Source: Prorocentrum cordatum (taxonomy: Eukaryota). From it: 64,000 bases of DNA. Below the pieces are notes generated by a model, which was given only the letters and a program-made list of their open reading frames with translations, did no database searches and had not been told where the DNA came from. Both the position numbers and the translations under genes were made by a program. Shown here piece after piece: positions 12,388 through 25,860 of the stretch (positions are counted from its first letter, which is position 1; every line of letters starts with the position of its first letter). The stretch spans positions 434,001 to 498,000 of the forward strand of contig CAUYUJ010000259.1 in the NCBI GenBank assembly GCA_963575745.1, in the 5' to 3' direction.

Positions 12388-14803
12388 GCGCCGGGCGGCG
12401 CGGTGGAGCCCAGGGTCAGAGTTCTTCGGCATCGTTGAACGGATCCCCATCCCCATCCCCACCCCCAACGAGACCCCCACCAAATCACGCCCCCAGTCGG
12501 GGATGCACCCCTCGGAGCCCGAAGGGAACGGCCTATGTCCCCATCTGGGGGGTTCATTGGCCAGTGGGGCCCAGGCCACGCCGCTGGGGATGGGGATCGG
12601 TAGGATGTCCCAACCTACTTTAGTCTAGGCCTCCTAGCTGGGATCGAAGCAGCTGGGGTCGGAGGGTCGCGCCGCATCGCCGACGAATCGGCGATGCGGC
12701 TCTACGTGCAGCCCGTGTTTCCCAACACCGACATCGTCGATGTATCGCCGACGTCGACGACACATCGCCAGTGCATCGCCGATGCATCGACGACGTATCG
12801 GCGATGCAGCGCGATCCTCCGACCCAATCTACTCGAATTCCATCTGGGAGGCTTCAATTTAGCCCGGGTCACCAGACATAATTTCGGGCACCAAGACAGC
12901 ACCGAAGTTGGAGGGTTTTTCCACGTGTCGGGACCTCGGATGCGATACTCGTTCGGTACTTCGCTGCGTGTCGGGCAGACACCTTTTCGAATCTTGTCTG
13001 GATGCTCGAAATTATGTTTGGAATGTTGTCCTTAGGTACGATGGGAACAACGTAAGTCCAGATGATAATCAGGTCTCCATATCTCGACGGCGATCGAGGG
13101 GGGGAAGTGAGAAGGATAAGGGCCTCCTCAGGGAGCGGCGGGACTTCTCAGAAGCCCCGCCGCCTTTGAGAGGTTCTCTGACACGTCTGGACAGGCTCAG
13201 AAGACTTCTCAGAAGGCCCGGGGACTTCGAGTCTTCTGAGAAGGACCTCTCCTTCCCACTCCCCTGGGCTCGCCGCCGCTGGCCGCTACTCTTTCCTCAG
13301 TTTCCCCTGCTTGGGCCTCCTGGGAGTTCCTCGTCGCCACCGCTGGCTTCGCCTCGGCATTCTGATCAGGACGCGCCCCTGTAGAGGTCTGGAGAGTAGC
13401 GGCATCGATGCAACGACGGGGCCCTCGCTCCCAGACCCCCTCGAGGCGCGAGCGCAATCGCGACGCGAGGTTGTTCGCCACTGCTTCAGCCTCCGGGGGG
13501 CCTTGGCGGGCCCCAGGGCCGTCCACGATCGCTTTAGGATGTGAAGCCGGTCCCGGGGAAGGGGCCGAGACCTCGGGGGGTCTCGGGGCCCCCAAACGGG
13601 GTGGTGACCACACCGTCTGGTGAGTCGGTGGGGATTGGGGGGCACCGCACGGTTTTGGGACTCGAGTCCCTCTCCGAGGATGCCTCGGGCGACAGGGGCC
13701 TCCAGGGTCCCAAGAGCGTGCGGTGACGGACCGCGCGGTGAGGTCTTTCGGGGTTCCGAGGTCACCGCACGGTCTGTCACCTCACCGTTTCGGGACCCCA
13801 AAGGGTCGACATTGGTGAAACATCATGATGCCGGGGGTCTGGGTCGACTGGCGCCCTCGCTCTCAGGGGCAGCGACAGGAGGGGGATAGGCTAGGAGGGC
13901 GGGTCTCGAAGGTTTTCGGAAGTTCCTCCCGAAGGGGTTCGAGGCCTGGGGTGATTTTCCATCTGCTGCGCCTCGTCGAGGAGCGTTTTGGGGCTGCCAG
14001 GATTGTTCCGAGAGCGGCCTCCGGGGAGCCGAGCGATGGCCAGGACAGGGCCGGGCGCCATGGCGGGCCAGGAGGCCCCCGTGGGCTGGCGTTGTGCGCG
14101 GTCTTCGGCTCCGGTCGTCCGCCCGGCAGTCTGGGGTTGTCGGGTTCAGGAGGCTCGTGCCATTCCGCCGACCCCCAGAAGAGGGCACGTGCAGCATCCG
14201 AGCGTGCGTGTGTGGTGTGTGCCCCTTTCGGTCTTCCTGCCGGCGTGCAGTTGGTCGTGGCTGATTCGTCCTCCCCTTCCTCCTCAGTCGGAGCTTTTGG
14301 CGGACTCTCGCATGCCTGGCGGGCGACCTTCTGGGGGCCTCTAGTGGACATCTCGGGGCAGGGCCATCGGGCCTCCCTCGGCGACTTAATGGGCGACTGG
14401 GGGTCGACTTCTTGTGGGGAGGGCGCCTGGGCTCCTTGTGAGCTCCCCCTCTCTTGGGCCCCTCTTGGCCCCCCCCCTTGAGGTCTCTTAGAGATGCTGC
14501 TCGCCGTCCTGGGGGCATCCTTTGACTGTCTTGGGGCCCTCTTGAGCTGCCTCTGGGCCCTCCTCCTCCTCCTCCTTCTCTTGGGTCGTCGTGGGCCAGC
14601 CTGGGGGCCGTTCTCCCCGACCCCCTCGTGTGGTGAAACGACACAATGCGACGGGAGGTTCGTCGCTATTCTCTGCCTCTGGAGGCCCTTCCAGGGCCTG
14701 CTTGGGGGCTGTCAGATAACGGCTCGGGAGGAGAAGCTGGTCTCGGGGAAGGGGTCGAACCCTCGGGGGGTCGACGTTCGGCCATGCGCAGACGGGGGTG
14801 GGG

Positions 14804-14920
14804 GGAGGGGGGAAGGCGTCTTAGAAGAAGGCTGCTTCTTAGAAGGCGCGGGCCTTGTCTCTGGATGTAAGGCCCGCGCCTTCTAAGAAGCAGCCTCTTT
14901 CTGAGACGCCTTCCCCCCTC
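14804..14920. repeat. Near-perfect hairpin repeat family L
   Basis: GGCTGCTTCTTAGAAGGCGCGGGCCTT - 12 nt - AAGGCCCGCGCCTTCTAAGAAGCAGCC, with imperfect pairing extending outward. Related copies at ~21765-21850 and 47587-47690. Confidence 0.8.
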
Positions 14921-15979
14921 GCCCTACCCCCTTGTGCGCGCGGCCAAGACGTTGCGAACAAATCATGACGTCGGGGATCTGGGTTCTGGGCTTGCAGGCT
15001 CCCGAGAAGACGAAAATGCGAAATTCGATCCACCGCAGTAGCAAACCGATTGTTTTGTTGCCCTCGCGAGGTTCTCTTGGGAGTCCTCTTGGGGCCCTCT
15101 GCCGGCGTCTGTGTGGCATTCCTGAGGCTGTCTTGGGGGTGTTCTTGAGGCCTCTCTGGCGTGTGTTGGGCCCTCTGCGAGCCATCTCAGAACGGCTCTT
15201 CGGCCTCTGGGCGGCCACCAGAGTGGATCGTGAGGCTCCGAGGGCCCCAGGGGGTTCGCGGACGAGCTCGCCCCCCCTCTTCTTCCTCCTCGTCCTCCTC
15301 CTCCTCCTCCTCGTCCTCCTCCTCCTCCTCCTCCTCCTCCTCCTCCTCCCCCTCCTCCGCTCCAAGCAAGAACAACGTCCCCGCTCGAGGAGCCCTCCCT
15401 TTTTCCTGAAGACGGTGCTATTCCTCGCCGCCGACAACCCCCATGCCGACAAAACCACGGCTCCCGCTCGATGCTTCCTCCCGTCTTACTCAAGGCGGTG
15501 TTCTTCCTCGCCGCCGAAAACCGCCGCCCCGACACAACCAGCGCTCCCGCCCGAGACTTCCTTCCGTTTTACGCTGGATTGGCGCCTTACCCTCTTTTGA
15601 ATTGGCGCCACTCCCAGCAAGCACAACGCTGCCGCTCGAGGCTTTCTCCCTTTCAACTCAGGGCCAGGTCCTTGCCTCACCGCCGACAGCCCCCATCTTC
15701 ACCAAGGCAATCCTGTCGCTCGATGCTTGCTTGTGCTATACCCTTCGCTGGGGTTCCACTGGCGGTCTCGCATCGGCGCAGCAAGGCGCGGGCATGTGTT
15801 TTCGAGGCGGGATATGCTGAACTTCCTCGGAGGAGGTGTTTGCAATACCTCATTGGGCGGGAGATCTGGGAATGGGAATAACGGACCCCGCTATCGAACA
15901 AGAGTCCCCCCATGATGTGTATTGGTATCATGATGATCGCATGCTTCGTGTGGAAACATGGCGCATGAGGGTATAATGA

Positions 15980-16341
15980 ATGATTGTTGTTGTTGCTGGT
16001 GTTGCTGCTGCTGTTGTTGTTGCTGTTGCTGTTGCTGTTGCTGTTACTGATGTTATTGGTGTTGCTGTTGGTGTTGTTGTTGTTGTTGTTGTCTTTGTTG
16101 TTGTTGTTGTTGTCGTTGTCGTTGTGGTTGTTGTTGTTGTTGTTGTTGTTGGCGTTGTTGTTGTTGTTGTTGTTGTGGGTGGTGGTGGTGGTGGTGGTGG
16201 TGTTGGTGTTGGTGTTGGTGTTGGTGTTGGTGTTGTTGATGATGATGTTGTTGTTGCTGCTGTTGCTGTTGTTGCTGTTGTTGCTGTTGTTGTTGTTGGT
16301 GTTGTTGTTGTTATTGTTGTTGTTGTTGTTGTTGGTGTTGG

Positions 16342-16372
<31 letters not shown>

Positions 16373-16375
16373 GAA
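15980..16375. repeat. (GTT)n microsatellite
   Basis: Directly visible; a second GTT tract lies at 17136-17255. Confidence 0.95.
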
Positions 16376-17168
16376 CATTATTTATTCTAAAGAATAATTA
16401 TTGTTGGGCCCCCTGGTGCGCGCCCCCCCTGCGCCGCCTAGGCCGCAGCTACATTTTCATCATTTTCGTGAGGAAGCCTCAGAAAAGAGGGTGTGTACAG
16501 GATCCGGTTGTTTTGTTGTAATCCGCTTTCCCTTGCAAAAAACAATAGAAAATGACATTTCTTGTTCTAATATAATCAAATTTCAAGAATCCCTTGCAAA
16601 AAATAAGGTAAAGTGGACATTCGCGCGCGCAAGACGAAATCCTTCCAAAACCTTAGTGTTCGCAGCGATTTTAACATAAAAACATCAAAAAACCAATGGT
16701 TTTTCAACAAAAAATTGTCAAAATCTCATCCCGCGCGCTCTTGCGGATTCGTAGGAAACCCAACACTTTTTAAACATTTCTGTCAAACGGGCTTTTGCGA
16801 GCAACTTTTTCGAACTTCTGCGACAACGGTTGCGCACCTGCCAGGGCCATCATCCCTGTCAAATAATACCATGCGGGACACATTCGTTTTTTCTTCGCGC
16901 GCGCACGCCGTCGTCGTCGGCCGCGGGGCCCTGAATAGTAGCCACGGTCGTCCGCATGCCACGAAGTGAAGTGTCCGAACGTCATAGGGCGGGAAGCTGG
17001 GTGTGGGTGGTGGCGAAGAGTCGTTTGGAAATTTGGTAGAGCTTGAACTGGCCCCCCCACAAAGTGGGGGTATTGCCCGCCTCCTATGAAAACCCTGGCA
17101 CTGGTGAGAACGGAGTGTCCCCACGTGCTAGTAATGGTTGTTGTTGTTGTTGTTGTTTTGTTGTTGTT

Positions 17169-17255
<87 letters not shown>

Positions 17256-17289
17256 GTGTTCTCGCTGTTCTTGGTTAGTGCTGTCGTCC

Positions 17290-17490
17290 CCCCCGCGACC
17301 CACCCCGCGACCCACCCCGCGACCCACCCCGCGAGCCACCCCGCGACCCACCCCGCGACCCACCCCGCGACCCACCCCGCGACCCAACCCGCGACCCACT
17401 TGCGACCCACCTTGCGACCCACCCGCGACCCACCCGCGACCCACCCCGCGACCCACCCCGCGACCCATCCGCGACCCACCCGCGACCTAC
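17290..17490. repeat. 12-bp tandem repeat (CCCCGCGACCCA)n
   Basis: About 16 copies, directly visible. Confidence 0.92.
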
Positions 17491-18430
17491 CCACATTGGT
17501 TCAAAGAAGAGATCGGCGCCTGCGGCGGGTTCGTTGTACAATTTGTGAAACTGTGGCGCCTGCTGCGGGCTTCTTCAGAGTCTCGCAGACCGCCGACGTC
17601 CCCACCGCCACCTCAGTCTAATCCGCATATGCGGGGTGCTACATATACAAAAACGCGTCGACCAGAGATCTAGACCCCCTTCCCCGGGACCAGTTTGATG
17701 GCCCCGAGGCCCAGAAAGGCGGCCCGCCGCGGAGGACGAACGCAGCGAAATACCTCCCGTCGTGCTGTTGTTCACGTGATCGTGTTCTCCTTCTCTGTTT
17801 TGCCGATCGGCGCGGGCCCTCGGACCCCCCTGCCCCCACACCACGGTGGAGTAGATCCTGGCTGTGTTTGGCGCTTGTTCCAGGCCGGTGGAACCTCCCC
17901 CATAGGACGCACTGCTGCAAACACAGCCGCACTAAGCAGAGTTCCCCCTCCCCCCCCTCGTCCGCCCAATGTCGAATCGCCGAAGAGGAAACCGCTCACC
18001 ACATGGCGAGGAGGTCTGGGCCCACTTCTCCCTCCACCTCGTGCGGTGGAGCCCCGGGCGGCGTTCGTCGGCGCCACGCCGCTCGGCGGCGCGTCGCTCG
18101 GCGGACCGAAGGCGGCCTGAGGCCCCGGCGGCGTTCGTCGGCGGCGTTCGTGGGCGCCACGCCGCTCGGGCGCACCCCCGTCGGCGGCACGTTGCTCGGC
18201 GGGCCGACGGCGGTGCCGTCGGCGGCCCTCGGCGGCGACGGCGGCGGCGGTCCGCGGCGGCGGAGGCCATGCGCGCCCACCGCCCGCGTCCAGGGCGCTC
18301 GCCGTCGCGCTCCAGCGCTGGGCCGCCGCGCTTGGCGCGCCGGCGCGCTCGCTGGCGGACGGCCGCGGGCAGCCGGCGGCGGCGGGCGAACCGCGGCGCC
18401 TTCGGGGTCGAAGACGTCGACGTCGACTTC

Positions 18431-18590
18431 AGTCGGGCACGTCCCTCTACAGGAGGAATTTTCAAACATAGTAAGAACAATTAGGTTTGGAACGATTTTT
18501 CCATTACTTGTGGAAAACATTTGGGGCATGTTTGACTTGCTTTCATTTTCCGTCAAAGATCCGCCTGTAGGAGGACACGCCCGACCTAGA
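18431..18590. mobile_element. MITE-like family B (~150 bp, ~21-25 bp TIRs, AT-rich core)
   Basis: Left GTCGGGCACGTCCCTCTACAGG and right CCTGTAGGAGGACACGCCCGAC are imperfect inverted repeats. Other copies at ~760-843, 2575-2704, 19000-19153, 21947-22093, 50648-50808 and 57720-57892; single ends at ~26307 and ~45836. Confidence 0.8.
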
Positions 18591-21576
18591 CGTCGGCGGC
18601 TGCGACGGCGACCGAGGGAAGATCGTGGACGGCGCTCGAGCAGGGAGGACGATGACGTCGGCGGGGTCGACCAAGACGCTGTTGTTTGGCAGTATCGTGT
18701 CTCGCTGTCGTTTTCTCTCTACGTTTTTGTTATGTTTTCGGCCTGGGGGCCACCACTGGCCAATCACGACTTCGAATTTGCGCCAAAACGCCAAAACGCG
18801 CAAGTAAATATGTCGGGCTGTTTGCGCTTCAAAACGCTTCAAAACGTAGACGGTACGAAAACGCCAAAACATTGTTTTGGTCGACCCCTGGAATACAGAC
18901 TCGAACACACGCTTCTTTTTGTCAGCTTGCACGCTGCCGGCAACTCGGCCTTGCCGCTGATGGGGTCTTCGGATGTTCGGTTTCAGCCTTTACGTTTAAT
19001 TCAGGCGTGTCCCTCTAAAGGAGGGATACTCAAAAAAATAAACTAGTCTGGGGGCGTTTTTTTCAATATTCGTATGCATTTTGTCATGAATATGTTGTGG
19101 CATGTTTTTTGGTTCGTCCAACACCCGCCTCTAGGAGGACATGTCCGACCTAGTTCGACGTGCACTAGCGTGGGCACTGTGTTTGCACTCTGCTGTCAAT
19201 CTTGTGTCACCGCCAATCTTCACCGATTTCGAGTTTTTGGGCCAGCTTACATAGGTAAACATTCACTTGCGAACTTTCGCGCTGGTTTCTTGGATCCATC
19301 GCCTCCTGCGCCCCTGGTGCGCTCCTCGCGCCAGGGGAGGGGAGTCCAGCCTCGACCTCCCCGAAAGGTTCTGTTTCTGAATTGTCTTTGCTTGTTCTAA
19401 ACGTTATGCTGCTCCCACCGTACTTTAGGACCACATCCAAAACATCATTTCAAGCACCCAGAAAAGTGTCGAAAGAGTGTCGAAATAGTGTCGAAACAGT
19501 GTCGGACGAGTGTCTCCCAGGGCCCGGCACGTGAAAACCTTAGAGTTTCGGTACTTCTTTGGTGCTCGAAATTCTACTGGTGATCAAGGCCAAAGTAGGC
19601 TGGAACATCATTTTCTAAACGGCGTCTTCTCTGCGGATGCGCCTGGGCGTTTCTGTAGATTCTCGGAGGCACGGCTGGACGCAGCTCGAAACGTTGGCCA
19701 ACATGGATCTTGTGATTGGTCATGGGTTCGATGTTTAACGGATTTTGGGCGATGAGGGTGAGGGGAAGTGGTCCTCATGTTTTTCGCAAGTTCAACTCAG
19801 GGCTCTAGACAGTATCTGATTGGGCGGACAGCAAAAACCAATTCAATCGGCGGTCGGACATTCGAGTGGCGACACTTGGGAATTACTCTTGGATGCAAAG
19901 TGCACTGCTATGGAGGCCGTCGGATCACGACGAGTTTGATCGCCTTTCACGTCCGCCTCGCCTTTTGCCCCTGCCTTGGCTCTGAGGGTGTTCCCAGGTT
20001 CTGTTCTCAAGATCCCTGCTGCCTCTCTTGCCAGTCGTCCCCCTTATCCTGCGGATCTCCTGCCCTCCGAATTTGCCTCGCGTCTAACTTTGCCTTGCCG
20101 GCTCGTTCGACTTCACAGCAGCGCGGCATCACGGCGCGCATTTGCTTGGCACTCTCCAGCGCCCGTGTTTCAGGACCGTTGTCCGTTGAACGTTTCCGAT
20201 TGCAGGGGCATTTTGCTGCGCAGCGGGACCGCCCAAAGCTACTCTGGACGAGTAACCGGTCCTCGGGGAAGGCCCAGCGTCCAGGACGCGGATCCCCAGT
20301 GTGTTTGGTTTTTCTTCTCGAGTTTTCTGGAAAAGAGGATCTTGGCCGCGCGTCGACGACGACCGACGACGAGAATGGCGGCGACGGCGGCGACTGGCGA
20401 CTAGCGACGTCAACGACGATGACGGCGTCGGCGTCGGCGAAGGTGATGGCGACCGACGACGACGACCAAGATGACAAACGACGACATCGTGGTCGCTTGT
20501 CGTCGTATTCGCTGTCCACGTCGCCATCCGCCGTTTGCCAACCGCCAGCGGCAATTCGCCGCCGCCTCCTTCTGCTGCCTGCGCCTCCGACGACGAGGAC
20601 GGCTACGGCGGCGACGGCAGCATCAAGGTCGGCGGCCGCGGCGGCCATAGCGGCGGCGTCGTCGGCTCAAGAACCCTGATATACGACGCCACGAAAAAAC
20701 TACAGCATCGCAACAAAGACTGAGCCTGAGCCCTGGACCACATCTTTCCGCGGCATTCTTCTAGCCAGATCCACATGTGAGGGCCCCGGGGGCCGCAACG
20801 AGGCAAAATCGCCCGTTGTGAGCAAATCGCAGCGCCAGGGCCTCAGAGAAGGACGGCGGCCGTGGCAGCGGCGGCGACGAGGCCTCGACCCCCCGCGGTC
20901 TCGACCCATTCCTCGGGACCGGGTTTTCATCCTGAGCCGTTTTTGTTGCCGGTCTTGGGGCTCACCGCCCACCAAACCACCCCAACCCACCCCGGAGGCC
21001 CCGATTTGCCCTCCATTTCTGGTGGGGGGGGTCGGGGAACAGTGAAAAAAACATGGAGCCCTACCCCCCGAACCCGAAATGCGGGCGAAATTCGGTTCTT
21101 CGGGTTGGGTTGGGGTTGTTTGGTAGGTAGTCAGGGGCGCGGCGAGGGCCCTCTCCTTAGGCCGAGAACATCGAAAAGCCCCTCCGTCGTGCCTCCGTCC
21201 GTTGTTCGCGAGGTGGTCTGGCAGGAAGGCCGGCGGCGAGGCGGCGAGGCGGCGGCGAGGGGGCGGCGAGACCTCGGCGTGGCGGCGGCGGCGCGGCGGC
21301 GGCGCGGCGGCGTCGCGGCGGCGAGGCGGCGGCGGCGGTGGCGCGGCGGCGATGCGGCGATGCGTTGGCGCGGCGGCGCGGCGACGCGGCGGCGGCGGCA
21401 ACGCGGCCTCGCCCGGTGCGGAGAGGCAGCCCGGCGAGCCACGCCCGGCGGCCGCGCCCGCCGCCGAGGGCAGCGCGGCACCGGCGCGGCGGCCGGCGAG
21501 GCTCGCGCGCGCGCTTCGGTGTGGCCCTCGTCGGCCACGCGCAGGGGGGGTAGGGGGAGGGGGGAAGGCTTCCCAG

Positions 21577-21750
21577 AGATCCAACGTATTGAAGGAATCA
21601 TGACGAAGGGTTTCCACAGCTTTCGGCCTCTAGGAGCCCTTACCGGGCCTCGGGGCTGTCGAAAAACGACTCAGGATGAAAAACCGGTCCTGAGGAATGG
21701 GTCGAGGTTTCTTGGGACCTCGTATTGAAAAGAACACGACATCGGATCTT
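21577..21750. mobile_element. MITE-like family H (~175 bp)
   Basis: AGATCCAACGTATTGAA ... ACGACATCGGATCT with core AAAAACGACTCAGGATGAAAAACCGGTCCTG. Copies at ~200-370, 38818-38980 and 46463-46636; reversed copies at ~20885-20960 and 38425-38601. Confidence 0.75.
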
Positions 21751-22499
21751 TGGGTTCTTAAAAGCATCCCTGCTTCTGAGAAGGCGCGGTCCGTATCTAT
21801 ACAGTCAAGGCCGGCGCCTTTCCAAGAAGCAGCCGCCAAAGAAGCCTTCCCACCTCCCCCTCCCCCCCTTGTGCACGCCGCCAACCTCGGAAGTGCGGCC
21901 CTGGCCGCGCGCGCTTTTTCTGTCGTCAGACCCAGAGGTCCAATGTTAAGTCGGGCACGTCCGTATATTCAAAAATCAGGTGAAAATAGTTTGGGGACTA
22001 TCATTCGACTATTTGTGGCTATTTCCGAGCATGTTTGCACTATGTTTCATCCGTCGTCCAATATCCGCCTCTGGGAGGAAACGCGCGATCTGAATCCAGT
22101 GTTCTAGGCCTCCCAGATGGGGCCGGGGTAGCTGGTGTCGGAGGGTCGCGCCGCAGCGCGGATGCATCTGCGGTGCGGCTCGATGCGCCGCCCGATTTCC
22201 TCCACGCCGACGTCGCCGCTGCATGGCCGACGTCGCCGAGGCACCGCAGGGGCATCCCCGAGCCATCGGCGAGGCATCGGCGAGGCGGCGCGCTCCTCCG
22301 ACCCCATCCATCCCGACCCCTATCAAGAAATGCATGGAACAAATCAAGACATGGAGGTGCTTTTCCGGTCTTTGGGCCTCCGGAGGACTTCGGCTGGCCC
22401 CATGACCGTCAAACGTCGACTCGGGATGAAACCGCCGGGTCCTGCGAGTGGGTCGAGTTGTTCGAGGAGCCCGAAAGACAGGCCTGCATTCAGTTCTCA

Positions 22500-22640
22500 G
22501 GAGGGGAACAACACACAGACATAGTTAATCGTCGACCCCCTGGAAAAATGGGAAGTGGGAGGGAAGAAAATCCAGAACATATTATAAAGTATGGGGAATC
22601 CTGGGATGTGTGTCTATTTATTTGTGTGTCCCAGGGCCCC
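22500..22640 (+). repeat. Dispersed ~150 bp repeat family K
   Basis: ACAACACACAGACA.A.TTAATCG ... TGTGTGT.T.TTTATTTGTGTGTCCCAGGGCCCC. Copy at 62386-62541 and a degenerate copy at ~23520-23670. Confidence 0.7.
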
Positions 22641-22870
22641 TTCAAGTTCGATGTTCGGGCCATTATGGTGCGAGATGTGGGTTCCATGCCTGGGCCGCCT
22701 GCCTCAGCGTCGCTCGCGGCCGTCTCCGCCGTCGGTCGTTTGCGCGTCGGCCGTCGTTCCTCGTCACGGCAGGTTCGTGCCGTGTCCACCGGCGGCGACC
22801 CCGCCAGCGGCATTCAGCTCTGAACGCCGCGGGCGACCCAGAATCGTTCGATGTGGAAAGATTTGGATCC

Positions 22871-23001
22871 TGGCATCGCTCGGACGTGTGCATTTTTTCT
22901 CGGCGCGAACCATCGAGGAGCATCCTTGATCATTTGGCGAACAAAAAAAACACGCACGAAACCGACACAAAAACACAGGGCATGGACGTCCGAGCGATGG
23001 C
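22871..23001. mobile_element. MITE-like family E (~130 bp)
   Basis: GCATCGCTCGGACGT ... ACGTCCGAGCGATG inverted ends. Copies at 2714-2840, 37889-37996 and 61900-62192 (interrupted); partial at ~48758. Confidence 0.8.
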
Positions 23002-23246
23002 GAGTGGATGGTTCGGAGACGGCCGATCCTTCCAGGTCGAGCGATCCCCGCGGTGTCGGAAGCCAACGCCGACGTCGGCACTGCACGAGCCTGCCGCACG
23101 TCGGCTTCGCCGTGCCCGGGCCGGGAAGGCCGGGGCCGGGGCTGGGGTCCGGGCCCAGGGCGGCTTACGTACTGGAGGTTGACGATTATAACAATCACCC
23201 CCTCCCCCCCCCCGGGCCCCTGTTTTCTTTGAAACGGTGGGACGAA

Positions 23247-23445
23247 TATCGGGTCGGGCGAAAGGGGGGGTTTGGGAAAGGGGGGGTTACGAAATCTGCT
23301 GCATGTAGCTGGTTTCGGCCCCACCGAGGGGCCCATTCCTGGATACATAGCCGCCTCCGGCGCCGGGAGGCGCCGGGAAATCAGCTACGTGAGCTGATTC
23401 TCAACCCCCCCCCTTTGCTATCCCCCCCTTTCGCCCGGCCCGATA
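23247..23445. mobile_element. MITE-like element with ~45 bp TIRs and flanking TA
   Basis: TA-TCGGGTCGGGCGAAAGGGGGGG ... CCCCCCCTTTCGCCCGGCCCGA-TA. Confidence 0.7.
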
Positions 23446-25724
23446 ATAAGATCCGGGGGCCAGGAGGGCCAGGGCCGGGGCTGGGGGCCAGGCCCAGGGC
23501 GGCCCACGTAACTCCGGAAGGGAAACAAGTCGCAGACTCAATGAAATCTCGGCTTCAAGAAAAGATGGCGGAATGTAAGAGGTGTGGGGGAAGGGGAGAA
23601 TCAAGAACTGATGTCACAATATGGAGACGCCTGGGACTTCTGTGCATTTCTTGGTGTGTTCCTGGGCACCTTCGGTAATGGGGCTCAGCGCTAACGAGGC
23701 TTAGCGAGAGCGCAGGATCATGCAGGGGCCTGCTTACGAGGCTGGGTTTTTGCTGCTCTGGGTTCGGTGGCCTCTGGCGGCCTAAGAGGTGGCCTTACAT
23801 TGTATGGCTCAGGCAAGTTCCTTCTCCCCTCCCCATCACCGCCGCCTTTCTTTCTAAGAGCGCTTGGTCGGAAAAGGCGTTCAATTGAGTCCCGACGTGC
23901 GTGAAGTCCAGATTTCCGTTTGGGCCTCATCGCGCCCCACATCCCCCCATTCTACAGAACATGTGTTTCGTTTTGGTGAGGGGTTCGATCACAGACCCTT
24001 TGTGAACGACAACCATCCAGTTTTCGCCGAAGACAGCCAGACACCGCCGAAGACAGCAGGCAACCGCCGAACATCGCGGGAACCCGCCGAAGCTCTTCTG
24101 GAAACCGCCGAAGCGGCCAGAAGACCGCCGAAGACCGCCCGAGGCAGATGGGTAACGAGGGGTCCGCGGGCGACAATGATCAAAAATCTGGCAGCGTACC
24201 AAAGCACTATCCTCAGGATTTCAACGCCACGCATGAACCAGACTGTTGCGTCTTGGCGATCCAGAATCGTGCAGAGCACCCTTCCTGGGACGTCAACACC
24301 GCGAATCAAGGCAACTGAGGTGCCGTGGCACTCCTGAATCTTTCCAAGCACCATCTCTGTTTCGTCCGTCAACCATGATCATCAGTGAAACGCTTGCAAC
24401 TTTTATGGAGAAGGTGCGCAGCGCTAAGCCGCTAAGGCGAGAGCCACATCTTGAAAATGACCCTGCTTCGATCCGTCAAAAAGCACTTCTGCTAACCTTG
24501 AAGACGAATGTGCGCGGCGCTAGGGCGAGAGCCACGGGTTGAAAAGGAACCGCTCCCAATCTGGGCGAATGCTCGGGATTGTTGAAAACGAATGCTCGCG
24601 GCGCTCAGGCGAGAGCCACCTTTCGAACACCGGACGCCTTTATGTGTGAAACTGTTGCCGATGTCGAAGCTTCAGGACCATCAGTGGCAAGGAAATCTTA
24701 GGCGACACGCACAGCCCGCCCTTCTGACCGGCCTCGGGGTGCGACAGAGCGAAGTTAAGTATACAAAGGGACACCTTTGGGAAGGAGGAGGAGGAGGAGG
24801 AGGAGAAGTGGAAAGAGAGGGAGAAGCAGGATGCGAAAGAGGGGGAGGAGGAGGAGGAGGAGGAGGAGGAGGAGGAGGAGGAGGAGGAAAAGAGGGGCAT
24901 GAGGAGGAGGGGGAGGAGGAGGAGGAGGAGGAGGAGGTGATTAGATGAGATGAGGCATGACCCTGAAGGCGGTTCGCGGAGGCCTAGTCTGGGCCTCCTT
25001 CAGACTCCTCGGAGAGAGCCGACACGTCGAACAACGCGCCCTCGGCGTCCTCTGCGCAGAGGCGCCCCCCCCAGTCCTTGCACCGAAGGGAGGTCGGCCT
25101 CCGTGAGGTCCAAAAGCCCATGGTGCGGGCGGGCGGGCGCGAGGCCGGCTGGCGGGGGGCGCTGCAGGCGCGCCTGGCGCAGCGCCTGGGGCCGCCAGAG
25201 TAATTCGTTTCGGGCAGCCCGCGCGCGGGCTGCGTGCGCCCCTCCTCCTCCTCCTCCTCCTCCTCCTCCTCCTCCTCCCTCTCCTCCTCCTCCTCTCCTC
25301 CTCCTCCTCTCCTCCCTCCTCCTCCCTCCTCCTCCCTCCTCCTCCTCCTCCCCCTCCTCTTCCTCCTCCTCCTCCTCGACCCAGCCAGGGGGGCAGGCCC
25401 CAAAGGCGCCCGCGCGCGCGGGCGGCGGTGCCCGCAGAGGCCGCCGCCGAGGCCTCTAGAGCCGTCGGGGCGAGGGGGGTCAGGGCCAGGCGCGGGCCCC
25501 TCTAGGGGCCTCCTACTCTCTCCTCCTCCCCCTCCTCCCCCCCCTCCTCCTCCCCCTCCCTCCTCCTCTCCCCCCCTCCCCCCTCCTCCTTCTCCTCCCC
25601 CTCCTCCTCCTCCTCCTCCCCCTCCCCCTCTCCTCCTCCTCCTCCTCCCCTTCCTCTTCCTCCTCCTCCTCCTCCTCCTCGTCCTCCTCCGCCTGCGCCT
25701 CCTCCTCATCCTCGTCCTCCTCCT

Positions 25725-25758
<34 letters not shown>

Positions 25759-25808
25759 CCCGGGGGTAAAGATAGGAACGGCCTTGCGGCCAGTGCCGCC
25801 GATCCTGA

Positions 25809-25860
<52 letters not shown>

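Noticed and set aside
13000..14400. Unique-looking sequence that might be a decayed transposon ORF (also 15400-15950, 19740-20340, 30400-30660 and 63790-64000)
   Set aside because: No motif I could identify with confidence; left unannotated pending a translated search.
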